From the NCBI GenBank assembly GCA_002269645.1, contig NIVC01002820.1:74082-138081 (forward strand): a DNA stretch of 64,000 bases, written 5' to 3'. Positions 25,501-40,500 of this stretch are shown here, piece by piece. Under the pieces are notes generated by a model. It made no database searches. It had not been told where the DNA came from and saw nothing but the letters and a program-made list of their open reading frames with translations. The stretch is from Macrostomum lignano (taxonomy: Eukaryota). The translations under genes were made by a program, and so were the position numbers. The stretch's first letter is position 1. Every line of letters starts with the position of its first letter.

Positions 25501-28500
25501 TCTAGGAATCAGTACTGAAGCCTATTTCCAAGAAATTCAACTGCTCCAGTTTCTAGGAATCAGTACTGAAGCCTATTTCCAAGAAATTCAACTGCTCCAG
25601 TTTCTAGGAATCAGTACTGAAGCCTATTTCCAAGAAATTCAACTGCTCCAGTTTCTAGGAATCAGTACTGAAGCCTATTTCCAAGAAATTCAACTGCTCC
25701 AGTTTCTAGGAATCAGTACTGAAGCCTATTTCCAAGAAATTCAACTGCTCCAGTTTCTAGGAATCAGTACTGAAGCCTATTTCCAAGAAATTCAACTGCT
25801 CCAGTTTCTAGGAATCAGTACTGAAGCCTATTTCCAAGAAATTCAACTGCTCCAGTTTCTAGGAATCAGTACTGAAGCCTATTTCCAAGAAATTCAACTG
25901 CTCCAGTTTCTAGGAATCAGTACTGAAGCCTATTTCCAAGAAATTCAACTGCTCCAGTTTCTAGGAATCAGTACTGAAGCCTATTTCCAAGAAATTCAAC
26001 TGCTCCAGTTTCTAGGAATCAGTACTGAAGCCTATTTCCAAGAAATTCAACTGCTCCAGTTTCTAGGAATCAGTACTGAAGCCTATTTCCAAGAAATTCA
26101 ACTGCTCCAGTTTCTAGGAATCAGTACTGAAGCCTATTTCCAAGAAATTCAACTGCTCCAGTTTCTAGGAATCAGTACTGAAGCCTATTTCCAAGAAATT
26201 CAACTGCTCCAGTTTCTAGGAATCAGTACTGAAGCCTATTTCCAAGAAATTCAACTGCTCCAGTTTCTAGGAATCAGTACTGAAGCCTATTTCCAAGAAA
26301 TTCAACTGCTCCAGTTTCTAGGAATCAGTACTGAAGCCTATTTCCAAGAAATTCAACTGCTCCAGTTTCTAGGAATCAGTACTGAAGCCTATTTCCAAGA
26401 AATTCAACTGCTCCAGTTTCTAGGAATCAGTACTGAAGCCTATTTCCAAGAAATTCAACTGCTCCAGTTTCTAGGAATCAGTACTGAAGCCTATTTCCAA
26501 GAAATTCAACTGCTCCAGTTTCTAGGAATCAGTACTGAAGCCTATTTCCAAGAAATTCAACTGCTCCAGTTTCTAGGAATCAGTACTGAAGCCTATTTCC
26601 AAGAAATTCAACTGCTCCAGTTTCTAGGAATCAGTACTGAAGCCTATTTCCAAGAAATTCAACTGCTCCAGTTTCTAGGAATCAGTACTGAAGCCTATTT
26701 CCAAGAAATTCAACTGCTCCAGTTTCTAGGAATCAGTACTGAAGCCTATTTCCAAGAAATTCAACTGCTCCAGTTTCTAGGAATCAGTACTGAAGCCTAT
26801 TTCCAAGAAATTCAACTGCTCCAGTTTCTAGGAATCAGTACTGAAGCCTATTTCCAAGAAATTCAACTGCTCCAGTTTCTAGGAATCAGTACTGAAGCCT
26901 ATTTCCAAGAAATTCAACTGCTCCAGTTTCTAGGAATCAGTACTGAAGCCTATTTCCAAGAAATTCAACTGCTCCAGTTTCTAGGAATCAGTACTGAAGC
27001 CTATTTCCAAGAAATTCAACTGCTCCAGTTTCTAGGAATCAGTACTGAAGCCTATTTCCAAGAAATTCAACTGCTCCAGTTTCTAGGAATCAGTACTGAA
27101 GCCTATTTCCAAGAAATTCAACTGCTCCAGTTTCTAGGAATCAGTACTGAAGCCTATTTCCAAGAAATTCAACTGCTCCAGTTTCTAGGAATCAGTACTG
27201 AAGCCTATTTCCAAGAAATTCAACTGCTCCAGTTTCTAGGAATCAGTACTGAAGCCTATTTCCAAGAAATTCAACTGCTCCAGTTTCTAGGAATCAGTAC
27301 TGAAGCCTATTTCCAAGAAATTCAACTGCTCCAGTTTCTAGGAATCAGTACTGAAGCCTATTTCCAAGAAATTCAACTGCTCCAGTTTCTAGGAATCAGT
27401 ACTGAAGCCTATTTCCAAGAAATTCAACTGCTCCAGTTTCTAGGAATCAGTACTGAAGCCTATTTCCAAGAAATTCAACTGCTCCAGTTTCTAGGAATCA
27501 GTACTGAAGCCTATTTCCAAGAAATTCAACTGCTCCAGTTTCTAGGAATCAGTACTGAAGCCTATTTCCAAGAAATTCAACTGCTCCAGTTTCTAGGAAT
27601 CAGTACTGAAGCCTATTTCCAAGAAATTCAACTGCTCCAGTTTCTAGGAATCAGTACTGAAGCCTATTTCCAAGAAATTCAACTGCTCCAGTTTCTAGGA
27701 ATCAGTACTGAAGCCTATTTCCAAGAAATTCAACTGCTCCAGTTTCTAGGAATCAGTACTGAAGCCTATTTCCAAGAAATTCAACTGCTCCAGTTTCTAG
27801 GAATCAGTACTGAAGCCTATTTCCAAGAAATTCAACTGCTCCAGTTTCTAGGAATCAGTACTGAAGCCTATTTCCAAGAAATTCAACTGCTCCAGTTTCT
27901 AGGAATCAGTACTGAAGCCTATTTCCAAGAAATTCAACTGCTCCAGTTTCTAGGAATCAGTACTGAAGCCTATTTCCAAGAAATTCAACTGCTCCAGTTT
28001 CTAGGAATCAGTACTGAAGCCTATTTCCAAGAAATTCAACTGCTCCAGTTTCTAGGAATCAGTACTGAAGCCTATTTCCAAGAAATTCAACTGCTCCAGT
28101 TTCTAGGAATCAGTACTGAAGCCTATTTCCAAGAAATTCAACTGCTCCAGTTTCTAGGAATCAGTACTGAAGCCTATTTCCAAGAAATTCAACTGCTCCA
28201 GTTTCTAGGAATCAGTACTGAAGCCTATTTCCAAGAAATTCAACTGCTCCAGTTTCTAGGAATCAGTACTGAAGCCTATTTCCAAGAAATTCAACTGCTC
28301 CAGTTTCTAGGAATCAGTACTGAAGCCTATTTCCAAGAAATTCAACTGCTCCAGTTTCTAGGAATCAGTACTGAAGCCTATTTCCAAGAAATTCAACTGC
28401 TCCAGTTTCTAGGAATCAGTACTGAAGCCTATTTCCAAGAAATTCAACTGCTCCAGTTTCTAGGAATCAGTACTGAAGCCTATTTCCAAGAAATTCAACT

Positions 28501-31500
28501 GCTCCAGTTTCTAGGAATCAGTACTGAAGCCTATTTCCAAGAAATTCAACTGCTCCAGTTTCTAGGAATCAGTACTGAAGCCTATTTCCAAGAAATTCAA
28601 CTGCTCCAGTTTCTAGGAATCAGTACTGAAGCCTATTTCCAAGAAATTCAACTGCTCCAGTTTCTAGGAATCAGTACTGAAGCCTATTTCCAAGAAATTC
28701 AACTGCTCCAGTTTCTAGGAATCAGTACTGAAGCCTATTTCCAAGAAATTCAACTGCTCCAGTTTCTAGGAATCAGTACTGAAGCCTATTTCCAAGAAAT
28801 TCAACTGCTCCAGTTTCTAGGAATCAGTACTGAAGCCTATTTCCAAGAAATTCAACTGCTCCAGTTTCTAGGAATCAGTACTGAAGCCTATTTCCAAGAA
28901 ATTCAACTGCTCCAGTTTCTAGGAATCAGTACTGAAGCCTATTTCCAAGAAATTCAACTGCTCCAGTTTCTAGGAATCAGTACTGAAGCCTATTTCCAAG
29001 AAATTCAACTGCTCCAGTTTCTAGGAATCAGTACTGAAGCCTATTTCCAAGAAATTCAACTGCTCCAGTTTCTAGGAATCAGTACTGAAGCCTATTTCCA
29101 AGAAATTCAACTGCTCCAGTTTCTAGGAATCAGTACTGAAGCCTATTTCCAAGAAATTCAACTGCTCCAGTTTCTAGGAATCAGTACTGAAGCCTATTTC
29201 CAAGAAATTCAACTGCTCCAGTTTCTAGGAATCAGTACTGAAGCCTATTTCCAAGAAATTCAACTGCTCCAGTTTCTAGGAATCAGTACTGAAGCCTATT
29301 TCCAAGAAATTCAACTGCTCCAGTTTCTAGGAATCAGTACTGAAGCCTATTTCCAAGAAATTCAACTGCTCCAGTTTCTAGGAATCAGTACTGAAGCCTA
29401 TTTCCAAGAAATTCAACTGCTCCAGTTTCTAGGAATCAGTACTGAAGCCTATTTCCAAGAAATTCAACTGCTCCAGTTTCTAGGAATCAGTACTGAAGCC
29501 TATTTCCAAGAAATTCAACTGCTCCAGTTTCTAGGAATCAGTACTGAAGCCTATTTCCAAGAAATTCAACTGCTCCAGTTTCTAGGAATCAGTACTGAAG
29601 CCTATTTCCAAGAAATTCAACTGCTCCAGTTTCTAGGAATCAGTACTGAAGCCTATTTCCAAGAAATTCAACTGCTCCAGTTTCTAGGAATCAGTACTGA
29701 AGCCTATTTCCAAGAAATTCAACTGCTCCAGTTTCTAGGAATCAGTACTGAAGCCTATTTCCAAGAAATTCAACTGCTCCAGTTTCTAGGAATCAGTACT
29801 GAAGCCTATTTCCAAGAAATTCAACTGCTCCAGTTTCTAGGAATCAGTACTGAAGCCTATTTCCAAGAAATTCAACTGCTCCAGTTTCTAGGAATCAGTA
29901 CTGAAGCCTATTTCCAAGAAATTCAACTGCTCCAGTTTCTAGGAATCAGTACTGAAGCCTATTTCCAAGAAATTCAACTGCTCCAGTTTCTAGGAATCAG
30001 TACTGAAGCCTATTTCCAAGAAATTCAACTGCTCCAGTTTCTAGGAATCAGTACTGAAGCCTATTTCCAAGAAATTCAACTGCTCCAGTTTCTAGGAATC
30101 AGTACTGAAGCCTATTTCCAAGAAATTCAACTGCTCCAGTTTCTAGGAATCAGTACTGAAGCCTATTTCCAAGAAATTCAACTGCTCCAGTTTCTAGGAA
30201 TCAGTACTGAAGCCTATTTCCAAGAAATTCAACTGCTCCAGTTTCTAGGAATCAGTACTGAAGCCTATTTCCAAGAAATTCAACTGCTCCAGTTTCTAGG
30301 AATCAGTACTGAAGCCTATTTCCAAGAAATTCAACTGCTCCAGTTTCTAGGAATCAGTACTGAAGCCTATTTCCAAGAAATTCAACTGCTCCAGTTTCTA
30401 GGAATCAGTACTGAAGCCTATTTCCAAGAAATTCAACTGCTCCAGTTTCTAGGAATCAGTACTGAAGCCTATTTCCAAGAAATTCAACTGCTCCAGTTTC
30501 TAGGAATCAGTACTGAAGCCTATTTCCAAGAAATTCAACTGCTCCAGTTTCTAGGAATCAGTACTGAAGCCTATTTCCAAGAAATTCAACTGCTCCAGTT
30601 TCTAGGAATCAGTACTGAAGCCTATTTCCAAGAAATTCAACTGCTCCAGTTTCTAGGAATCAGTACTGAAGCCTATTTCCAAGAAATTCAACTGCTCCAG
30701 TTTCTAGGAATCAGTACTGAAGCCTATTTCCAAGAAATTCAACTGCTCCAGTTTCTAGGAATCAGTACTGAAGCCTATTTCCAAGAAATTCAACTGCTCC
30801 AGTTTCTAGGAATCAGTACTGAAGCCTATTTCCAAGAAATTCAACTGCTCCAGTTTCTAGGAATCAGTACTGAAGCCTATTTCCAAGAAATTCAACTGCT
30901 CCAGTTTCTAGGAATCAGTACTGAAGCCTATTTCCAAGAAATTCAACTGCTCCAGTTTCTAGGAATCAGTACTGAAGCCTATTTCCAAGAAATTCAACTG
31001 CTCCAGTTTCTAGGAATCAGTACTGAAGCCTATTTCCAAGAAATTCAACTGCTCCAGTTTCTAGGAATCAGTACTGAAGCCTATTTCCAAGAAATTCAAC
31101 TGCTCCAGTTTCTAGGAATCAGTACTGAAGCCTATTTCCAAGAAATTCAACTGCTCCAGTTTCTAGGAATCAGTACTGAAGCCTATTTCCAAGAAATTCA
31201 ACTGCTCCAGTTTCTAGGAATCAGTACTGAAGCCTATTTCCAAGAAATTCAACTGCTCCAGTTTCTAGGAATCAGTACTGAAGCCTATTTCCAAGAAATT
31301 CAACTGCTCCAGTTTCTAGGAATCAGTACTGAAGCCTATTTCCAAGAAATTCAACTGCTCCAGTTTCTAGGAATCAGTACTGAAGCCTATTTCCAAGAAA
31401 TTCAACTGCTCCAGTTTCTAGGAATCAGTACTGAAGCCTATTTCCAAGAAATTCAACTGCTCCAGTTTCTAGGAATCAGTACTGAAGCCTATTTCCAAGA

Positions 31501-34500
31501 AATTCAACTGCTCCAGTTTCTAGGAATCAGTACTGAAGCCTATTTCCAAGAAATTCAACTGCTCCAGTTTCTAGGAATCAGTACTGAAGCCTATTTCCAA
31601 GAAATTCAACTGCTCCAGTTTCTAGGAATCAGTACTGAAGCCTATTTCCAAGAAATTCAACTGCTCCAGTTTCTAGGAATCAGTACTGAAGCCTATTTCC
31701 AAGAAATTCAACTGCTCCAGTTTCTAGGAATCAGTACTGAAGCCTATTTCCAAGAAATTCAACTGCTCCAGTTTCTAGGAATCAGTACTGAAGCCTATTT
31801 CCAAGAAATTCAACTGCTCCAGTTTCTAGGAATCAGTACTGAAGCCTATTTCCAAGAAATTCAACTGCTCCAGTTTCTAGGAATCAGTACTGAAGCCTAT
31901 TTCCAAGAAATTCAACTGCTCCAGTTTCTAGGAATCAGTACTGAAGCCTATTTCCAAGAAATTCAACTGCTCCAGTTTCTAGGAATCAGTACTGAAGCCT
32001 ATTTCCAAGAAATTCAACTGCTCCAGTTTCTAGGAATCAGTACTGAAGCCTATTTCCAAGAAATTCAACTGCTCCAGTTTCTAGGAATCAGTACTGAAGC
32101 CTATTTCCAAGAAATTCAACTGCTCCAGTTTCTAGGAATCAGTACTGAAGCCTATTTCCAAGAAATTCAACTGCTCCAGTTTCTAGGAATCAGTACTGAA
32201 GCCTATTTCCAAGAAATTCAACTGCTCCAGTTTCTAGGAATCAGTACTGAAGCCTATTTCCAAGAAATTCAACTGCTCCAGTTTCTAGGAATCAGTACTG
32301 AAGCCTATTTCCAAGAAATTCAACTGCTCCAGTTTCTAGGAATCAGTACTGAAGCCTATTTCCAAGAAATTCAACTGCTCCAGTTTCTAGGAATCAGTAC
32401 TGAAGCCTATTTCCAAGAAATTCAACTGCTCCAGTTTCTAGGAATCAGTACTGAAGCCTATTTCCAAGAAATTCAACTGCTCCAGTTTCTAGGAATCAGT
32501 ACTGAAGCCTATTTCCAAGAAATTCAACTGCTCCAGTTTCTAGGAATCAGTACTGAAGCCTATTTCCAAGAAATTCAACTGCTCCAGTTTCTAGGAATCA
32601 GTACTGAAGCCTATTTCCAAGAAATTCAACTGCTCCAGTTTCTAGGAATCAGTACTGAAGCCTATTTCCAAGAAATTCAACTGCTCCAGTTTCTAGGAAT
32701 CAGTACTGAAGCCTATTTCCAAGAAATTCAACTGCTCCAGTTTCTAGGAATCAGTACTGAAGCCTATTTCCAAGAAATTCAACTGCTCCAGTTTCTAGGA
32801 ATCAGTACTGAAGCCTATTTCCAAGAAATTCAACTGCTCCAGTTTCTAGGAATCAGTACTGAAGCCTATTTCCAAGAAATTCAACTGCTCCAGTTTCTAG
32901 GAATCAGTACTGAAGCCTATTTCCAAGAAATTCAACTGCTCCAGTTTCTAGGAATCAGTACTGAAGCCTATTTCCAAGAAATTCAACTGCTCCAGTTTCT
33001 AGGAATCAGTACTGAAGCCTATTTCCAAGAAATTCAACTGCTCCAGTTTCTAGGAATCAGTACTGAAGCCTATTTCCAAGAAATTCAACTGCTCCAGTTT
33101 CTAGGAATCAGTACTGAAGCCTATTTCCAAGAAATTCAACTGCTCCAGTTTCTAGGAATCAGTACTGAAGCCTATTTCCAAGAAATTCAACTGCTCCAGT
33201 TTCTAGGAATCAGTACTGAAGCCTATTTCCAAGAAATTCAACTGCTCCAGTTTCTAGGAATCAGTACTGAAGCCTATTTCCAAGAAATTCAACTGCTCCA
33301 GTTTCTAGGAATCAGTACTGAAGCCTATTTCCAAGAAATTCAACTGCTCCAGTTTCTAGGAATCAGTACTGAAGCCTATTTCCAAGAAATTCAACTGCTC
33401 CAGTTTCTAGGAATCAGTACTGAAGCCTATTTCCAAGAAATTCAACTGCTCCAGTTTCTAGGAATCAGTACTGAAGCCTATTTCCAAGAAATTCAACTGC
33501 TCCAGTTTCTAGGAATCAGTACTGAAGCCTATTTCCAAGAAATTCAACTGCTCCAGTTTCTAGGAATCAGTACTGAAGCCTATTTCCAAGAAATTCAACT
33601 GCTCCAGTTTCTAGGAATCAGTACTGAAGCCTATTTCCAAGAAATTCAACTGCTCCAGTTTCTAGGAATCAGTACTGAAGCCTATTTCCAAGAAATTCAA
33701 CTGCTCCAGTTTCTAGGAATCAGTACTGAAGCCTATTTCCAAGAAATTCAACTGCTCCAGTTTCTAGGAATCAGTACTGAAGCCTATTTCCAAGAAATTC
33801 AACTGCTCCAGTTTCTAGGAATCAGTACTGAAGCCTATTTCCAAGAAATTCAACTGCTCCAGTTTCTAGGAATCAGTACTGAAGCCTATTTCCAAGAAAT
33901 TCAACTGCTCCAGTTTCTAGGAATCAGTACTGAAGCCTATTTCCAAGAAATTCAACTGCTCCAGTTTCTAGGAATCAGTACTGAAGCCTATTTCCAAGAA
34001 ATTCAACTGCTCCAGTTTCTAGGAATCAGTACTGAAGCCTATTTCCAAGAAATTCAACTGCTCCAGTTTCTAGGAATCAGTACTGAAGCCTATTTCCAAG
34101 AAATTCAACTGCTCCAGTTTCTAGGAATCAGTACTGAAGCCTATTTCCAAGAAATTCAACTGCTCCAGTTTCTAGGAATCAGTACTGAAGCCTATTTCCA
34201 AGAAATTCAACTGCTCCAGTTTCTAGGAATCAGTACTGAAGCCTATTTCCAAGAAATTCAACTGCTCCAGTTTCTAGGAATCAGTACTGAAGCCTATTTC
34301 CAAGAAATTCAACTGCTCCAGTTTCTAGGAATCAGTACTGAAGCCTATTTCCAAGAAATTCAACTGCTCCAGTTTCTAGGAATCAGTACTGAAGCCTATT
34401 TCCAAGAAATTCAACTGCTCCAGTTTCTAGGAATCAGTACTGAAGCCTATTTCCAAGAAATTCAACTGCTCCAGTTTCTAGGAATCAGTACTGAAGCCTA

Positions 34501-37500
34501 TTTCCAAGAAATTCAACTGCTCCAGTTTCTAGGAATCAGTACTGAAGCCTATTTCCAAGAAATTCAACTGCTCCAGTTTCTAGGAATCAGTACTGAAGCC
34601 TATTTCCAAGAAATTCAACTGCTCCAGTTTCTAGGAATCAGTACTGAAGCCTATTTCCAAGAAATTCAACTGCTCCAGTTTCTAGGAATCAGTACTGAAG
34701 CCTATTTCCAAGAAATTCAACTGCTCCAGTTTCTAGGAATCAGTACTGAAGCCTATTTCCAAGAAATTCAACTGCTCCAGTTTCTAGGAATCAGTACTGA
34801 AGCCTATTTCCAAGAAATTCAACTGCTCCAGTTTCTAGGAATCAGTACTGAAGCCTATTTCCAAGAAATTCAACTGCTCCAGTTTCTAGGAATCAGTACT
34901 GAAGCCTATTTCCAAGAAATTCAACTGCTCCAGTTTCTAGGAATCAGTACTGAAGCCTATTTCCAAGAAATTCAACTGCTCCAGTTTCTAGGAATCAGTA
35001 CTGAAGCCTATTTCCAAGAAATTCAACTGCTCCAGTTTCTAGGAATCAGTACTGAAGCCTATTTCCAAGAAATTCAACTGCTCCAGTTTCTAGGAATCAG
35101 TACTGAAGCCTATTTCCAAGAAATTCAACTGCTCCAGTTTCTAGGAATCAGTACTGAAGCCTATTTCCAAGAAATTCAACTGCTCCAGTTTCTAGGAATC
35201 AGTACTGAAGCCTATTTCCAAGAAATTCAACTGCTCCAGTTTCTAGGAATCAGTACTGAAGCCTATTTCCAAGAAATTCAACTGCTCCAGTTTCTAGGAA
35301 TCAGTACTGAAGCCTATTTCCAAGAAATTCAACTGCTCCAGTTTCTAGGAATCAGTACTGAAGCCTATTTCCAAGAAATTCAACTGCTCCAGTTTCTAGG
35401 AATCAGTACTGAAGCCTATTTCCAAGAAATTCAACTGCTCCAGTTTCTAGGAATCAGTACTGAAGCCTATTTCCAAGAAATTCAACTGCTCCAGTTTCTA
35501 GGAATCAGTACTGAAGCCTATTTCCAAGAAATTCAACTGCTCCAGTTTCTAGGAATCAGTACTGAAGCCTATTTCCAAGAAATTCAACTGCTCCAGTTTC
35601 TAGGAATCAGTACTGAAGCCTATTTCCAAGAAATTCAACTGCTCCAGTTTCTAGGAATCAGTACTGAAGCCTATTTCCAAGAAATTCAACTGCTCCAGTT
35701 TCTAGGAATCAGTACTGAAGCCTATTTCCAAGAAATTCAACTGCTCCAGTTTCTAGGAATCAGTACTGAAGCCTATTTCCAAGAAATTCAACTGCTCCAG
35801 TTTCTAGGAATCAGTACTGAAGCCTATTTCCAAGAAATTCAACTGCTCCAGTTTCTAGGAATCAGTACTGAAGCCTATTTCCAAGAAATTCAACTGCTCC
35901 AGTTTCTAGGAATCAGTACTGAAGCCTATTTCCAAGAAATTCAACTGCTCCAGTTTCTAGGAATCAGTACTGAAGCCTATTTCCAAGAAATTCAACTGCT
36001 CCAGTTTCTAGGAATCAGTACTGAAGCCTATTTCCAAGAAATTCAACTGCTCCAGTTTCTAGGAATCAGTACTGAAGCCTATTTCCAAGAAATTCAACTG
36101 CTCCAGTTTCTAGGAATCAGTACTGAAGCCTATTTCCAAGAAATTCAACTGCTCCAGTTTCTAGGAATCAGTACTGAAGCCTATTTCCAAGAAATTCAAC
36201 TGCTCCAGTTTCTAGGAATCAGTACTGAAGCCTATTTCCAAGAAATTCAACTGCTCCAGTTTCTAGGAATCAGTACTGAAGCCTATTTCCAAGAAATTCA
36301 ACTGCTCCAGTTTCTAGGAATCAGTACTGAAGCCTATTTCCAAGAAATTCAACTGCTCCAGTTTCTAGGAATCAGTACTGAAGCCTATTTCCAAGAAATT
36401 CAACTGCTCCAGTTTCTAGGAATCAGTACTGAAGCCTATTTCCAAGAAATTCAACTGCTCCAGTTTCTAGGAATCAGTACTGAAGCCTATTTCCAAGAAA
36501 TTCAACTGCTCCAGTTTCTAGGAATCAGTACTGAAGCCTATTTCCAAGAAATTCAACTGCTCCAGTTTCTAGGAATCAGTACTGAAGCCTATTTCCAAGA
36601 AATTCAACTGCTCCAGTTTCTAGGAATCAGTACTGAAGCCTATTTCCAAGAAATTCAACTGCTCCAGTTTCTAGGAATCAGTACTGAAGCCTATTTCCAA
36701 GAAATTCAACTGCTCCAGTTTCTAGGAATCAGTACTGAAGCCTATTTCCAAGAAATTCAACTGCTCCAGTTTCTAGGAATCAGTACTGAAGCCTATTTCC
36801 AAGAAATTCAACTGCTCCAGTTTCTAGGAATCAGTACTGAAGCCTATTTCCAAGAAATTCAACTGCTCCAGTTTCTAGGAATCAGTACTGAAGCCTATTT
36901 CCAAGAAATTCAACTGCTCCAGTTTCTAGGAATCAGTACTGAAGCCTATTTCCAAGAAATTCAACTGCTCCAGTTTCTAGGAATCAGTACTGAAGCCTAT
37001 TTCCAAGAAATTCAACTGCTCCAGTTTCTAGGAATCAGTACTGAAGCCTATTTCCAAGAAATTCAACTGCTCCAGTTTCTAGGAATCAGTACTGAAGCCT
37101 ATTTCCAAGAAATTCAACTGCTCCAGTTTCTAGGAATCAGTACTGAAGCCTATTTCCAAGAAATTCAACTGCTCCAGTTTCTAGGAATCAGTACTGAAGC
37201 CTATTTCCAAGAAATTCAACTGCTCCAGTTTCTAGGAATCAGTACTGAAGCCTATTTCCAAGAAATTCAACTGCTCCAGTTTCTAGGAATCAGTACTGAA
37301 GCCTATTTCCAAGAAATTCAACTGCTCCAGTTTCTAGGAATCAGTACTGAAGCCTATTTCCAAGAAATTCAACTGCTCCAGTTTCTAGGAATCAGTACTG
37401 AAGCCTATTTCCAAGAAATTCAACTGCTCCAGTTTCTAGGAATCAGTACTGAAGCCTATTTCCAAGAAATTCAACTGCTCCAGTTTCTAGGAATCAGTAC

Positions 37501-40500
37501 TGAAGCCTATTTCCAAGAAATTCAACTGCTCCAGTTTCTAGGAATCAGTACTGAAGCCTATTTCCAAGAAATTCAACTGCTCCAGTTTCTAGGAATCAGT
37601 ACTGAAGCCTATTTCCAAGAAATTCAACTGCTCCAGTTTCTAGGAATCAGTACTGAAGCCTATTTCCAAGAAATTCAACTGCTCCAGTTTCTAGGAATCA
37701 GTACTGAAGCCTATTTCCAAGAAATTCAACTGCTCCAGTTTCTAGGAATCAGTACTGAAGCCTATTTCCAAGAAATTCAACTGCTCCAGTTTCTAGGAAT
37801 CAGTACTGAAGCCTATTTCCAAGAAATTCAACTGCTCCAGTTTCTAGGAATCAGTACTGAAGCCTATTTCCAAGAAATTCAACTGCTCCAGTTTCTAGGA
37901 ATCAGTACTGAAGCCTATTTCCAAGAAATTCAACTGCTCCAGTTTCTAGGAATCAGTACTGAAGCCTATTTCCAAGAAATTCAACTGCTCCAGTTTCTAG
38001 GAATCAGTACTGAAGCCTATTTCCAAGAAATTCAACTGCTCCAGTTTCTAGGAATCAGTACTGAAGCCTATTTCCAAGAAATTCAACTGCTCCAGTTTCT
38101 AGGAATCAGTACTGAAGCCTATTTCCAAGAAATTCAACTGCTCCAGTTTCTAGGAATCAGTACTGAAGCCTATTTCCAAGAAATTCAACTGCTCCAGTTT
38201 CTAGGAATCAGTACTGAAGCCTATTTCCAAGAAATTCAACTGCTCCAGTTTCTAGGAATCAGTACTGAAGCCTATTTCCAAGAAATTCAACTGCTCCAGT
38301 TTCTAGGAATCAGTACTGAAGCCTATTTCCAAGAAATTCAACTGCTCCAGTTTCTAGGAATCAGTACTGAAGCCTATTTCCAAGAAATTCAACTGCTCCA
38401 GTTTCTAGGAATCAGTACTGAAGCCTATTTCCAAGAAATTCAACTGCTCCAGTTTCTAGGAATCAGTACTGAAGCCTATTTCCAAGAAATTCAACTGCTC
38501 CAGTTTCTAGGAATCAGTACTGAAGCCTATTTCCAAGAAATTCAACTGCTCCAGTTTCTAGGAATCAGTACTGAAGCCTATTTCCAAGAAATTCAACTGC
38601 TCCAGTTTCTAGGAATCAGTACTGAAGCCTATTTCCAAGAAATTCAACTGCTCCAGTTTCTAGGAATCAGTACTGAAGCCTATTTCCAAGAAATTCAACT
38701 GCTCCAGTTTCTAGGAATCAGTACTGAAGCCTATTTCCAAGAAATTCAACTGCTCCAGTTTCTAGGAATCAGTACTGAAGCCTATTTCCAAGAAATTCAA
38801 CTGCTCCAGTTTCTAGGAATCAGTACTGAAGCCTATTTCCAAGAAATTCAACTGCTCCAGTTTCTAGGAATCAGTACTGAAGCCTATTTCCAAGAAATTC
38901 AACTGCTCCAGTTTCTAGGAATCAGTACTGAAGCCTATTTCCAAGAAATTCAACTGCTCCAGTTTCTAGGAATCAGTACTGAAGCCTATTTCCAAGAAAT
39001 TCAACTGCTCCAGTTTCTAGGAATCAGTACTGAAGCCTATTTCCAAGAAATTCAACTGCTCCAGTTTCTAGGAATCAGTACTGAAGCCTATTTCCAAGAA
39101 ATTCAACTGCTCCAGTTTCTAGGAATCAGTACTGAAGCCTATTTCCAAGAAATTCAACTGCTCCAGTTTCTAGGAATCAGTACTGAAGCCTATTTCCAAG
39201 AAATTCAACTGCTCCAGTTTCTAGGAATCAGTACTGAAGCCTATTTCCAAGAAATTCAACTGCTCCAGTTTCTAGGAATCAGTACTGAAGCCTATTTCCA
39301 AGAAATTCAACTGCTCCAGTTTCTAGGAATCAGTACTGAAGCCTATTTCCAAGAAATTCAACTGCTCCAGTTTCTAGGAATCAGTACTGAAGCCTATTTC
39401 CAAGAAATTCAACTGCTCCAGTTTCTAGGAATCAGTACTGAAGCCTATTTCCAAGAAATTCAACTGCTCCAGTTTCTAGGAATCAGTACTGAAGCCTATT
39501 TCCAAGAAATTCAACTGCTCCAGTTTCTAGGAATCAGTACTGAAGCCTATTTCCAAGAAATTCAACTGCTCCAGTTTCTAGGAATCAGTACTGAAGCCTA
39601 TTTCCAAGAAATTCAACTGCTCCAGTTTCTAGGAATCAGTACTGAAGCCTATTTCCAAGAAATTCAACTGCTCCAGTTTCTAGGAATCAGTACTGAAGCC
39701 TATTTCCAAGAAATTCAACTGCTCCAGTTTCTAGGAATCAGTACTGAAGCCTATTTCCAAGAAATTCAACTGCTCCAGTTTCTAGGAATCAGTACTGAAG
39801 CCTATTTCCAAGAAATTCAACTGCTCCAGTTTCTAGGAATCAGTACTGAAGCCTATTTCCAAGAAATTCAACTGCTCCAGTTTCTAGGAATCAGTACTGA
39901 AGCCTATTTCCAAGAAATTCAACTGCTCCAGTTTCTAGGAATCAGTACTGAAGCCTATTTCCAAGAAATTCAACTGCTCCAGTTTCTAGGAATCAGTACT
40001 GAAGCCTATTTCCAAGAAATTCAACTGCTCCAGTTTCTAGGAATCAGTACTGAAGCCTATTTCCAAGAAATTCAACTGCTCCAGTTTCTAGGAATCAGTA
40101 CTGAAGCCTATTTCCAAGAAATTCAACTGCTCCAGTTTCTAGGAATCAGTACTGAAGCCTATTTCCAAGAAATTCAACTGCTCCAGTTTCTAGGAATCAG
40201 TACTGAAGCCTATTTCCAAGAAATTCAACTGCTCCAGTTTCTAGGAATCAGTACTGAAGCCTATTTCCAAGAAATTCAACTGCTCCAGTTTCTAGGAATC
40301 AGTACTGAAGCCTATTTCCAAGAAATTCAACTGCTCCAGTTTCTAGGAATCAGTACTGAAGCCTATTTCCAAGAAATTCAACTGCTCCAGTTTCTAGGAA
40401 TCAGTACTGAAGCCTATTTCCAAGAAATTCAACTGCTCCAGTTTCTAGGAATCAGTACTGAAGCCTATTTCCAAGAAATTCAACTGCTCCAGTTTCTAGG